Shown here: positions 28,563-37,901 of the stretch, in pieces
How the letters are laid out: the number at the start of each line of letters is the position of its first letter
Position numbering within the stretch: the stretch's first letter is position 1
NCBI GenBank assembly: GCA_963726455.1
Contig: CAVSCK010000004.1
Location: forward strand, 544,001 to 608,000
Length of the DNA: 64,000 nt
Reading direction: 5' to 3'
Origin: an uncultured bacterium
GTDB taxonomy: Bacteria > Zixibacteria > MSB-5A5 > CAIYYT01
Position numbers and translations under genes: made by a program
Notes under the pieces: generated by a model
Databases searched by the model: none
Seen by the model: the letters and a program-made list of their open reading frames with translations, nothing else
What the model was told of the DNA's origin: nothing

Positions 28563-30073
28563 GCCAGAAGCAGATTACACTACACGATATCTGGCAGATC
28601 ATCTGGAAGCGCAAGTTCTGGTTGATACTGCCGCTGATAGTCGTGACCGGCGTGGCGTTCGGGGGGAGCTACCTGCTGCCGACAGTGTATTCATCGTCGA
28701 CCAAGATCGTGATTTCCTCGCAGAAGCTGGTTTCGCGCGAACTGCAAAATATGATTCCGACGGACATGGTTGATCTGCCTGATCCACGAACGGCGCAGCG
28801 TTGGCTGGCCTCGACGCGATCCGAGATTTTGTCCTCGGGATACATCAACACACTGATCACTGATCTGAAACTCGATCCCAAGGAAAGCATAATCAAAGCG
28901 GCAGCCCGCATGCAGGATCAATTTCCGCAGTACGCGTTGCAAGACATCGTGCGGAAACTGCAGATCGACGAGTTGCGCGACAACATCGACGTCGGCATGA
29001 TCGGCGACAACCAGATTGTCATAACGTGTTCATCCGACCAACCCAAGCTGGCAGTCGATATGGCCACCAAACTCGCTCAGATTTACAGCGAGAGGAAGAT
29101 CGCCGATGAGGTTGTAACTGCCCGCGGGAGCCAGGCGTTCACGGATCAGCAACTGGCCGTGGCCAAGAAAGAATTCGAAGATGCGGAAAAGGAACTGGCC
29201 GATTTCAAGAACAGTTATATCTCGTCCAATCTAGAGGCAGGAATCAGCTCGCAGACGAACGTCGCGGCCATTCAGTCAGAGGTGGACGCCACCAATTTGG
29301 AAGCCAATGAGGCAGTTGACCGGAAGAATTTCCTGGCCGGCAAAGTGCAACAGGTTGGTATCGACACGGCGATGGTGTTCCGTTCGGTGATCGGTATTCA
29401 GGATTACGTTGATAACGCGCTCAGTTCTGCCAAGGATATCAGTCGCCTGATGATGAAGTATCTGTGGAAGGACGCCAAAATTCAGATGCAGTTGCTCAAG
29501 GTGGCGAGCGCTTTCGACTCGATGCAGACCAGCTCCAATGCCCAGGCACAGAAGCTGTTCAGTGACCGCTCGCAGGCGTTGCAGGCAGATATCGGCGAAC
29601 TGGCGTATCGGCGCTATGAGATCATATATCTGAACGGCAAGAGCCAGATTCTGAAGTCGGCAGTCCAGCAGATTCGGGGAGTCGTGGCGGGCGCGCCGTA
29701 CTACGATCAAATGGTGGAGACGCTGACAAAGAAGGTCGAAGATCGGCGCTCGATTTTGGACAAATGGCAGACTCAGGCGACCGGCATCAATATCCAGCAG
29801 GCAACGACCTCGGCCGAGGCGGAAACCAAGTACCGGATATTAGAGCCGGCGACAATACCGCTGGAACCGTCGTCTCCGAACCGCGTCAAAATCAGTCTGA
29901 TGGGACTGGGACTGGGAATCTTATTGGGTGTTTGCGCCCTGATTTTGGCGGAAGTAGTTGATCATTCTGTGAAGAATATCGAAGATATCGAGGAATTGCT
30001 CGGCCTGGAAGTGCTGGGGACGATTCCGAAGATAGATGATGACACCAAGACCAAGAAAGTCCGGGCAGCCTAA
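28559..30073 (+). CDS. polysaccharide chain-length determinant (Wzz/GumC type)
   Basis: N-terminal TM after IWKRK, coiled coil, 'ILEPATIPLEPSSPNR' plus TM, 'LEVLGTIP'. Confidence 0.9.
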   Translation: MSQKQITLHDIWQIIWKRKFWLILPLIVVTGVAFGGSYLLPTVYSSSTKIVISSQKLVSRELQNMIPTDMVDLPDPRTAQRWLASTRSEILSSGYINTLITDLKLDPKESIIKAAARMQDQFPQYALQDIVRKLQIDELRDNIDVGMIGDNQIVITCSSDQPKLAVDMATKLAQIYSERKIADEVVTARGSQAFTDQQLAVAKKEFEDAEKELADFKNSYISSNLEAGISSQTNVAAIQSEVDATNLEANEAVDRKNFLAGKVQQVGIDTAMVFRSVIGIQDYVDNALSSAKDISRLMMKYLWKDAKIQMQLLKVASAFDSMQTSSNAQAQKLFSDRSQALQADIGELAYRRYEIIYLNGKSQILKSAVQQIRGVVAGAPYYDQMVETLTKKVEDRRSILDKWQTQATGINIQQATTSAEAETKYRILEPATIPLEPSSPNRVKISLMGLGLGILLGVCALILAEVVDHSVKNIEDIEELLGLEVLGTIPKIDDDTKTKKVRAA

Positions 30074-30083
30074 GGGGAAATTG

Positions 30084-31202
30084 ATGGAGAACTTTCGACT
30101 GAATTCGCGCGTGGCGTCCCCTGACAGGGAATATCTGATTCAGACCTTCAATGATTTGACACAGCATAGAATCCGTTCGTCGATCTTCACCAACGGCGTA
30201 TTGCTGGACACAGTCGAGGAAGAATTCGGCGCCAATACTCCCGAGCCGGAGCTGTTGGAACTGGTCAAGACTACCCATCGCGAGCGCAAAGAAGAAGTCG
30301 AACATCTACTGCAGAAATTTCACGACGCTATGCAGTCGGAAGAAATCGACCAGATTAATTGCCTGGGCCTGGCGATGATGTACAAGCGGATGTTTCCGGA
30401 GGCGGAATCGCTCTTCCGGCGCTCGACGACATTGAATGCGGACGGTCATGATTCCTTCAGCCACCTCGGCGCGGTGATGATGGCGCAAGGCAAGCCGCAG
30501 GAGGCAGTGCAGCCGTTCGAACGCTGTGTCCAACTGCAGCCGCAGTTCGCCGACTATCACAATAGTCTTGGCGAAGCATTCCTGGCGATTGGATCGTGCA
30601 AGCGGGCGATGATCGAATTCGACGAGGCAATTAGTCTGAATCTGTATTACGGCGACGCCTATTTCAATCGGGCGCTGACTTATATTTTCAATGCCATTCG
30701 CCGCGAGGATTTCAAGCTTTTTTCCGAGCATGCGGCCAAGACGATGGAAATGCTGGAACGCGCGGTGATTATCGCACCCGAACTACAGGTGCCGACTTTC
30801 ATCGAAGGCAAAGAGCTTTTCGAACAAGGGGATCTCGAAGCGGCGTTTCACAAGCTGCTTTATGTTCGCGAGCAGCGCAAGGAAAGACGCTACCGCGAGT
30901 TTTCCGACGTCTATCTGCGATTCCTGCTGAATGCCGACAAGGTCGATGACCGCGTGTTGGCGCGCCGGATCAAGCAGTTGAAGGACGCCATCAGCAAGAA
31001 CCCGCATTTCCCCGATCTGCACTATGAGCTGGGAGTGGCCTACACCTTACTCGGACGCTACACGCACGCCAAGGCGATTCAGGAATATCAGGAGGCGCTT
31101 AAGATCAACCCGAACTTCGAGCGCGCCAAGAAGAGTCTGAAACTTGCGGAAAACGAGTTTCGGGGTTTCGACGTCCTGATTAAAGTGATTATGAAAGGAT
31201 AA
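30084..31202 (+). CDS. TPR repeat protein
   Basis: Repeated 'P.FADYHNSLG', 'PHFPDLHYELG', 'ALKINPNF' TPR units. Confidence 0.85.
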   Translation: MENFRLNSRVASPDREYLIQTFNDLTQHRIRSSIFTNGVLLDTVEEEFGANTPEPELLELVKTTHRERKEEVEHLLQKFHDAMQSEEIDQINCLGLAMMYKRMFPEAESLFRRSTTLNADGHDSFSHLGAVMMAQGKPQEAVQPFERCVQLQPQFADYHNSLGEAFLAIGSCKRAMIEFDEAISLNLYYGDAYFNRALTYIFNAIRREDFKLFSEHAAKTMEMLERAVIIAPELQVPTFIEGKELFEQGDLEAAFHKLLYVREQRKERRYREFSDVYLRFLLNADKVDDRVLARRIKQLKDAISKNPHFPDLHYELGVAYTLLGRYTHAKAIQEYQEALKINPNFERAKKSLKLAENEFRGFDVLIKVIMKG

Positions 31203-31206
31203 GATA

Positions 31207-31911
31207 GTGGCCAAAGAGACACGGAAACCCATCTTTGATTATTACCATCCGGAGTCGGTGGTGGCCACGGAGTTTCGGCGGCTGTTGCATAATATCACCC
31301 GGCCGACGAACGGTGTCGAACACAAGTCGTTTCTGATAACTTCCGCCATGTTGTCCGAAGGCAAATCGACGGTGGCGGGCTACCTGGCAATCACCGCAGC
31401 AGCATACAAGAAACGCAAGACGATCCTGATCGATTGCGACCTCAGGCGTCCGACGATTCACAAGCTGTTCAATCTTCCGGTGGAAAACGGCGTAACCGAT
31501 CTCATCGACGGAACCATCAAGGTCGAGGACGCATTCAAGAGCACGCCGCTCAAACACCTTTGGGTTGTTACTGCGGGAAGGATGAAGGATAATCCCACCG
31601 AGTTGTTTGAAGGGGAATCGGTCAAACAGGTTATCGAGCAAATCAAGTTTTACTTCGATATGGTTTTCGTTGACTGCGCACCGGTGATACCGGTTTCCGA
31701 TCCGGTAGTTTTGGCGCCGGACCTGGATGGACTGCTGTTGGTGGTCAAAGCAGGCGCCACGCAGAAAGATGTGGTCAGGCGCGCGTGCGACATCATCTCC
31801 AAGTCAGATGCGAACATCCTGGGCGTGGTGCTGAACAACGTCGAAGGCGTGCTGCCATATCACTACAACCACCGTTACTACGGCTATCAGTACTCTGTCA
31901 AAAAGCGATAG
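31207..31911 (+). CDS. CpsD/CapB bacterial tyrosine kinase
   Basis: ITSAMLSEGKST, IDCDLRRP, VDCAP, C-terminal Tyr cluster YHYNHRYYGYQY. Confidence 0.93.
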   Translation: MAKETRKPIFDYYHPESVVATEFRRLLHNITRPTNGVEHKSFLITSAMLSEGKSTVAGYLAITAAAYKKRKTILIDCDLRRPTIHKLFNLPVENGVTDLIDGTIKVEDAFKSTPLKHLWVVTAGRMKDNPTELFEGESVKQVIEQIKFYFDMVFVDCAPVIPVSDPVVLAPDLDGLLLVVKAGATQKDVVRRACDIISKSDANILGVVLNNVEGVLPYHYNHRYYGYQYSVKKR

Positions 31912-31917
31912 GTCGCG

Positions 31918-32778
31918 ATGAAGAACATCCTGACATTCGATGTGGAAGAACACTTCCAGGTGGAAGCCTTTTACAGTGTAATTCCGCGTTCGAGCTGGGA
32001 TGATCGCCAAAGCCGGCTGACCATGAATGTCGTGAAGATTCTGGACATGCTCGACGAGTACGACACCAAGGCGACGTTCTTTGTGCTGGGTTGGGTGGCC
32101 GACAAGTATCCGGGCTTACTGGTCTTGATCAGGTCGCGTGGGCATGAATTGGCGACTCATGGCTACATGCATGAATCGATCAAGCGCCTCAGCGCGGAGG
32201 AGTTCAAGAGCGATCTGACTCGATCGATACAAGCCATCTACCGGGCCTCGGGTGTGCGCGTAAAAGGATTTCGCGCGCCGACGTTCTCAGCAGACCGCAA
32301 AGTGCCGTGGATCTGGGAAGCGCTGATTGCCAACGGGATAACCTACGATTCGAGTATCTTCCCAATCTACCATGATCTGTATGGCGACCCGAGCGCGCCG
32401 AGATTCCCGTACATCATGCACGCCAACAGCGGCTCGCTCTTGGAAATTCCGCCGACAACCTACTCGATTTTGGGACGGCTGATGCCGGCCTGCGGCGGTG
32501 GATCTTTCCGCATGTTTCCTTATTGGTACACCGAACGGGCGCTTAAAGCATATAACAATAGTGGGTATGCTGCGACGGTTTACTTGCATCCGTGGGAACT
32601 GGATCCCAATCAGCCGCGGGAAACGGCCGGCCTGAAGAGCCGGCTAAGGCATTACACCAACTTGCATACTGTAGAAAGAAAACTGCGTCGGTTGTTGGAC
32701 AAATATGAGTTCGGGCCCGTATGTGATATCTACCCGCAGACCGCCGACAGCGCCGTATCACTTGAGAACAGAGGATGA
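31918..32778 (+). CDS. polysaccharide deacetylase (DUF3473 type)
   Basis: TFDVEE, ATFFVLGW, GHELATHG..H, GFRAPTFS, YLHPWELD. Confidence 0.92.
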   Translation: MKNILTFDVEEHFQVEAFYSVIPRSSWDDRQSRLTMNVVKILDMLDEYDTKATFFVLGWVADKYPGLLVLIRSRGHELATHGYMHESIKRLSAEEFKSDLTRSIQAIYRASGVRVKGFRAPTFSADRKVPWIWEALIANGITYDSSIFPIYHDLYGDPSAPRFPYIMHANSGSLLEIPPTTYSILGRLMPACGGGSFRMFPYWYTERALKAYNNSGYAATVYLHPWELDPNQPRETAGLKSRLRHYTNLHTVERKLRRLLDKYEFGPVCDIYPQTADSAVSLENRG

Positions 32779-32782
32779 TTAA

Positions 32783-33898
32783 ATGAATAAATCGAAAGTT
32801 GCCATCCTGAAAACGACGCCGGAGACGGTAATTGCCGACTATGCGAGACTGATGGACCTGGCTGATTATTCGAAGCATGTCAGCCAGGCAAATGACCTCA
32901 TTCTCAAGCTGAATCTCTCCTGGACGAAATATTTCCCGGCGTGTTCGAGCCAGCCATGGCAGGTCGAGGGCGTGGTCTCGAAGCTGATGGCGGACGGTTT
33001 TTCGCCTACCAAAGTGATACCGGTTGAAAACAAGACCGTCGTAACCAATCCCCGCAAGGGAGCCGCCAATAACCTGTGGCTACCGATTCTGAATCAATAT
33101 CAGCTCGACTTCAAGCCGCTGCCTGAGCAGGAGTGGATTGTCTATAAGTTCAAATCGAAATTGCTGAAGCTGAACGACATCTTCCCCGAAGGGATTGAAA
33201 TTCCCAAGATGTATGTCGGACGGCAGATTCTGCATCTGCCGACCGTAAAGACGCACGGGCATGCGGTCACGACCGGGGCAATCAAGAATGCTTTTGGCGG
33301 GTTACTGAAAGAAGTACGGCACTACGCACACAAGTACATGCATGAGGTGCTGGTCGATCTGGTTCTGATGCAGCGGGAATTGCATCCCTCGGTGTTTGCC
33401 GTGATGGATGGCACCGTTGCCGGCAACGGCGCGGGGCCGCGCACGATGGACCCGGTAGTAGCGAACTACATTTTGGCGTCGGCAGATTCGGTGGCCATCG
33501 ATTCGGTCGCGGCAAAACTGATGGGATTTGACCCGTTGGCGATTCCGTATATCAAGATGTGTGACCAGATGCAACTTGGCAATGGCGATCCACGCAACAT
33601 CGAAGTCGTCGGGGCCGATGTCAGCGACGTGAACCTGCATTTTACCACCAAGAAGTCATTCGTTATTTGGGGCGACCAGTTGTTGCGCAAGGGGTCGCTG
33701 CGTTTTCTGGAGAAGATCGCACTGCATTCACCGCTCATGGTCTGGGCGCCGGCGGCATCGAATTTCTATCATGATGTACTGTGGTATCCGACGGTCGGGC
33801 AATCCAAGATCAACAAGTTCAATAATACTGAGTGGGGCAAGCTCTGGCGTGACTACAAAGAAGGCCGCCGGAGTCCGGCTCGACAGACAGTAGGGTAG
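32783..33898 (+). CDS. DUF362 family protein
   Basis: LKLNLSW, LPTVKTHGH..TTGAIKN.FG, D.VAID. Confidence 0.85.
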   Translation: MNKSKVAILKTTPETVIADYARLMDLADYSKHVSQANDLILKLNLSWTKYFPACSSQPWQVEGVVSKLMADGFSPTKVIPVENKTVVTNPRKGAANNLWLPILNQYQLDFKPLPEQEWIVYKFKSKLLKLNDIFPEGIEIPKMYVGRQILHLPTVKTHGHAVTTGAIKNAFGGLLKEVRHYAHKYMHEVLVDLVLMQRELHPSVFAVMDGTVAGNGAGPRTMDPVVANYILASADSVAIDSVAAKLMGFDPLAIPYIKMCDQMQLGNGDPRNIEVVGADVSDVNLHFTTKKSFVIWGDQLLRKGSLRFLEKIALHSPLMVWAPAASNFYHDVLWYPTVGQSKINKFNNTEWGKLWRDYKEGRRSPARQTVG

Positions 33899-34021
33899 CA
33901 GCCCCGCCGATCTCATAGCTTCCCAAGGGTTTACGCGAATCCCACACTACGCGAAAATTGCCTTGCGCCGAAACGACGCTCTGGCTATTTTATCGACAAT
34001 AAGTTTCATAATGGGGTTGGC

Positions 34022-35521
34022 TTGGCACTTCGCAATATCATTTTCATTCTACTATTAGCGTTCGCTTCGGCGGCGTTCGGGCAGGTTATCCCGGTTCCAT
34101 ACGCGATTGACTTTCAGCCCACCTGCGACGATTTTCTGTTGGTCTGGCATTATTGCGGTGTGAACATGATCACATACGGCGATAATGGAACCATTGCGCG
34201 AAACTACTATGTGGTGAATCGCCCGGGGGCTGTAACAAGGGCGGCCATTGCATTCGACAGCATCGATGCCGGAGCTGTGATCGACCAGGTCTCGATCTTC
34301 ATCTGGGGCAAAGATCCGTTTCCTTCGAATCAGGGCGGCCCACAGTCACCATTCATGCTCACAATATATGACCACCTGCCGGAAAATACGAACGAGGCAG
34401 CACTCTGGGGTCCGAACGTCGTGTTGCCCGAGTGCGTTCCTTCGACCGGCGCGTGGGTCACGTTTCCGGTGCATCATGCTGCTTCTGGAAACGGGCGGAT
34501 AGTAGTCGAATTTCGCTGGCTGCCTGCGACGCCTTTGGCGCCGCTTCCGGCGATTGATTATCTACCCGGACAAGTTCGAACTTACGCGGGCTATAATTCA
34601 GGTGATTATGTCATTTGGGCGCCGGAACTGACAGGCAATATGCTGGTTCTGCTGAGCTGCAATCTGACGGACACCATTACGTCGGCTGAGAATTATGGAA
34701 CCATGCCCGACTCATTTTCAGTGTACGTAAGCGCGGACAGCGCGACGATTGACGGTTCTGAGGCCTTGACGATAAATGATTCACTGCACACACGGCTTGC
34801 GAGATCATCGGCGGCGGGAAAATACGCGTCAGTTTCGGCCTGGAAGGGAGACCGCGCCAGCCAGCCGTCAAGAGCTATCTACCTGGATCCAACTCAACCG
34901 TTGCGATTTCCGCTGGAAGTAAGTCCCGAATCAGTTCTGGTGGAGACCGGAGTCTCTGACACGGCCTGGGTGGAAGTGCAGGTCACAAATCCCTCAGACC
35001 GCTCGTTTCGGTATGCCCTGCAAGCGCCGGCATGCGGATGGCTCACATGTGATGCCGCTGAGAGAATGGTATCGCCGAGCCAGACGGATACCGTTTCCAT
35101 CATGGTCTCACGCTATGGTCTCGATAACGGAACATACTGCGATACCGTGCGCCTTGAGTGCTTGAGTGACGGCTTGAAGTTTCTGCCCAAATCAATTACG
35201 GTCGTGAACAAGGTGGATCAGGTAACGGGAGTCGTTGACGAAACGCCGCCGCTAGTGCGGGAAGTTGTGCTAGGGCAGAATTACCCGAATCCTTGCAATG
35301 GTAGTACGGTCATTGTTTCGGCGTCGCCGGCGCCTGTAACGATCGTCAACGTTCTGGGGCGGGAGATTGTCGTGCTGAACGCGCTGGACGGTGGCGCCAG
35401 TCAGCTTCATAGGTTCTCGTGGGATGGCCGCGATTCACAAGGGCGTGAGGCAGCGAGCGGCGTGTACTTCTATCGTCAAATGGGGAGCACATCGATTCGT
35501 AAGTTGATCCTGCTCAAGTAG
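34022..35521 (+). CDS. secreted protein with BACON-like and FlgD/T9SS-like C-terminal domains
   Basis: Signal peptide; 'LGQNYPNPCN..NVLGREI..WDGRD..ASGVYFY..KLILLK'. Confidence 0.8.
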   Translation: MALRNIIFILLLAFASAAFGQVIPVPYAIDFQPTCDDFLLVWHYCGVNMITYGDNGTIARNYYVVNRPGAVTRAAIAFDSIDAGAVIDQVSIFIWGKDPFPSNQGGPQSPFMLTIYDHLPENTNEAALWGPNVVLPECVPSTGAWVTFPVHHAASGNGRIVVEFRWLPATPLAPLPAIDYLPGQVRTYAGYNSGDYVIWAPELTGNMLVLLSCNLTDTITSAENYGTMPDSFSVYVSADSATIDGSEALTINDSLHTRLARSSAAGKYASVSAWKGDRASQPSRAIYLDPTQPLRFPLEVSPESVLVETGVSDTAWVEVQVTNPSDRSFRYALQAPACGWLTCDAAERMVSPSQTDTVSIMVSRYGLDNGTYCDTVRLECLSDGLKFLPKSITVVNKVDQVTGVVDETPPLVREVVLGQNYPNPCNGSTVIVSASPAPVTIVNVLGREIVVLNALDGGASQLHRFSWDGRDSQGREAASGVYFYRQMGSTSIRKLILLK

Positions 35522-35579
35522 GGGACAGCCCCTCCCTGTTTCAGTTTGAAATACGGGCAAAACTCCATTCAAATTGTCT

Positions 35580-35607
35580 TAAACGCCTAAGCAATTACTG
35601 CCGATCA
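35580..35607 (+). promoter_or_regulatory. putative sigma28-type promoter
   Basis: TAAA-N16-GCCGATCA ending 8 nt before the ATG at 35616. Confidence 0.4.
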
Positions 35608-35615
35608 AATTAGAT

Positions 35616-37901
35616 ATGGAGACAACTTCCCAGCCGCAAGTGACAGCGGAGGCGCTGGCGTCATTTGTGCGCGAGGTCAACGCCTCGACCAAGAAACTTG
35701 CTATCTATCCTACCGGGCATCCGGCCTCGATCAAGGCGGCTGAGAAACCGTTTTCGATGCTCGAAGAAATTCTGCGTTCCGGCGGCCGGGTGATTCTTGC
35801 CGTCGCCGAAGGCAAACTGGTCGGCAACGGAATGCCACTCGATGACCGGCTGCTTATGGATGGATTGGGAAAAGCAATATATGAATCAGGCCTGGCGAGC
35901 ATCACCTTCGAACCGGGAGTTGAATTTGACGGTTTCGAGAAATTTCTCGCTCATTTGAACCTGAAAAAGGAGCAGCGCGACCTCCAGGGTTTGATTGACG
36001 CGGAGGGAATTGTCGGGATCGGAATCGGCAAAGTGCAATACCAACTAGTCAATGAAAATGAGCGCGTCGTTTCAGCCGACGCCGCGGAGAATCTGGGCGA
36101 TATGTCTGCTGGGTCAGTCCAATCGACCGTTGCCGAAGCACTGCGCAAACATCCGGCTCTTCTGTTGCAACTGCTTTCCCGAGGCCATTATGAAAGCGAA
36201 AAGACGGACGATGTTCAGGCAAAAACGACCGAAGGGAGCAAACCCTCATCTATCGCAGACACAGTCAACGCGCGCGCGATTCATTCGTTTGCCGCTGACG
36301 GCGATCTTGCGCCTGTGGTCCAGGAATTGTCAGGTTGCTCAAACGAAGAGTTGCTCGGCCTGCTGGTGACGGCCTTGCGGGAATCACTGGCTGATCGAAC
36401 CAACACGACGATGCTGCAGATGACGCAGACGCTGTTCACGTTGAGGGAAGTACTTGCCCAACGTGAAGCGCTCGACCTGCTGCCGAAATTGCAGCAGGCG
36501 CTAGCGGATCTGAACATAGCCGACCCAAGATATATCGAACTGATACTTGCCGCCGACTCGTCGCCGCGCAAGATCGCTTACACCCAGATTCAGAACATCA
36601 AGGAAGAATTCGCCAAGGGCACAATCGCTACCGAAAGACTGGACGAACTGCAAGGATGGTTGGAAACAATCAACGACGGTCAATATACAGACGACGTGAT
36701 CAAGGGCTTCTACCAGGACGCCGAGGCGCGCGACTACAAGCTGAGCGAATCGCAACTTTCGATGATGACGCGGCTGGCGATGATCGGCGCGCAGCAATTC
36801 GGAACGGCGCTGTCGGATTCGCAATTGCGACAAATCAAGGATCGCATTGCCGAACCCTCCGTAACGCAGGAAGCATTTGAATTGTTGGCCAATCAACTGG
36901 AGCAGTACTATCTCAAGTTTCTGGAGGCCGGCAACTATTCCGAGGCGCAGGAAATACTCGGACTGATCTGCCAGAAATTCGACACAGAACTTATCTACAC
37001 GGAAGGCGTAGCGGAATACGCCTCGCAGGTGCATCAGCGGATGACGTCGGCAAAGATTACTGAGTCGCTGGTGTACAAATTGAGCCGTCACTTTGACGCG
37101 GTCTCCAAGATGATGACACCGCTGCTGGAGATGTTCTTTAGCGTCGAGGCGATACTCGTATTTGCGTCCTACATTGCAAATGACAATCGCGGCGTTCGGG
37201 TCCTGCTTATCCGCCTGCTGTCGGGATTCGGGGTGCGCACCGTCAACGCTTTCCGGGTGTTGCTCTCGGATCGCACGTTGACCACGCGCGGAGCAGTTGG
37301 TAGCGGGCAGAATCAGGATACTTGGTATCGGCTGCGCAATATCATATTTGTCCTGGGCAATATTCCGCACCCGGACTCCGTGTCAATGGTCAAGCACTTC
37401 ACCGAGGATAAGGAAGCTAGAGTGGTGCTGGAGGCGACATCGGCGCTGGAAAGACTGGGGGGCGCCGAGGCAGCGACTACTTGCGCCCAGTTGCTTAGCC
37501 ATCCTGCAAAAGAGGTCCGGCAAAGGGCCTTGCACGCCCTGATGACAAACAATTCGACAGCGCAATACGAATATGTTGAGGAGTATTTCGTTCGCAACGT
37601 GGAGGAACGCTCGGCGTCGATGCCGGCCCTCATAAAGCTTGACAGCAAGCGCGCGTTCAGCTTTCTTGGTTCAGTTCTGTTAGGCGACTCGGAGATTTAC
37701 GCCAAATACCACGACAAACCGAACGAGGAGTTGAACGAGACGATCGTCAGCACGTTAATACAATTGAGGTCGACGGTATTTGACGAGGTTATGCGGAAAT
37801 ATGTTAGAGACCACACACGGACATTGTTAGGCCATTTCCGCAAGCCAGACTCGGTGAAGATAGCCGAGCGATACTTCAGGACGACCTCAAGTGGACTATG
37901 A
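35616..37901 (+). CDS. HEAT repeat protein
   Basis: N-terminal 'IYPTGHP' motif; C-terminal WY.LRNIIFVLG, D..ARVVLEA, H...VRQRAL repeats. Confidence 0.8.
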   Translation: METTSQPQVTAEALASFVREVNASTKKLAIYPTGHPASIKAAEKPFSMLEEILRSGGRVILAVAEGKLVGNGMPLDDRLLMDGLGKAIYESGLASITFEPGVEFDGFEKFLAHLNLKKEQRDLQGLIDAEGIVGIGIGKVQYQLVNENERVVSADAAENLGDMSAGSVQSTVAEALRKHPALLLQLLSRGHYESEKTDDVQAKTTEGSKPSSIADTVNARAIHSFAADGDLAPVVQELSGCSNEELLGLLVTALRESLADRTNTTMLQMTQTLFTLREVLAQREALDLLPKLQQALADLNIADPRYIELILAADSSPRKIAYTQIQNIKEEFAKGTIATERLDELQGWLETINDGQYTDDVIKGFYQDAEARDYKLSESQLSMMTRLAMIGAQQFGTALSDSQLRQIKDRIAEPSVTQEAFELLANQLEQYYLKFLEAGNYSEAQEILGLICQKFDTELIYTEGVAEYASQVHQRMTSAKITESLVYKLSRHFDAVSKMMTPLLEMFFSVEAILVFASYIANDNRGVRVLLIRLLSGFGVRTVNAFRVLLSDRTLTTRGAVGSGQNQDTWYRLRNIIFVLGNIPHPDSVSMVKHFTEDKEARVVLEATSALERLGGAEAATTCAQLLSHPAKEVRQRALHALMTNNSTAQYEYVEEYFVRNVEERSASMPALIKLDSKRAFSFLGSVLLGDSEIYAKYHDKPNEELNETIVSTLIQLRSTVFDEVMRKYVRDHTRTLLGHFRKPDSVKIAERYFRTTSSGL

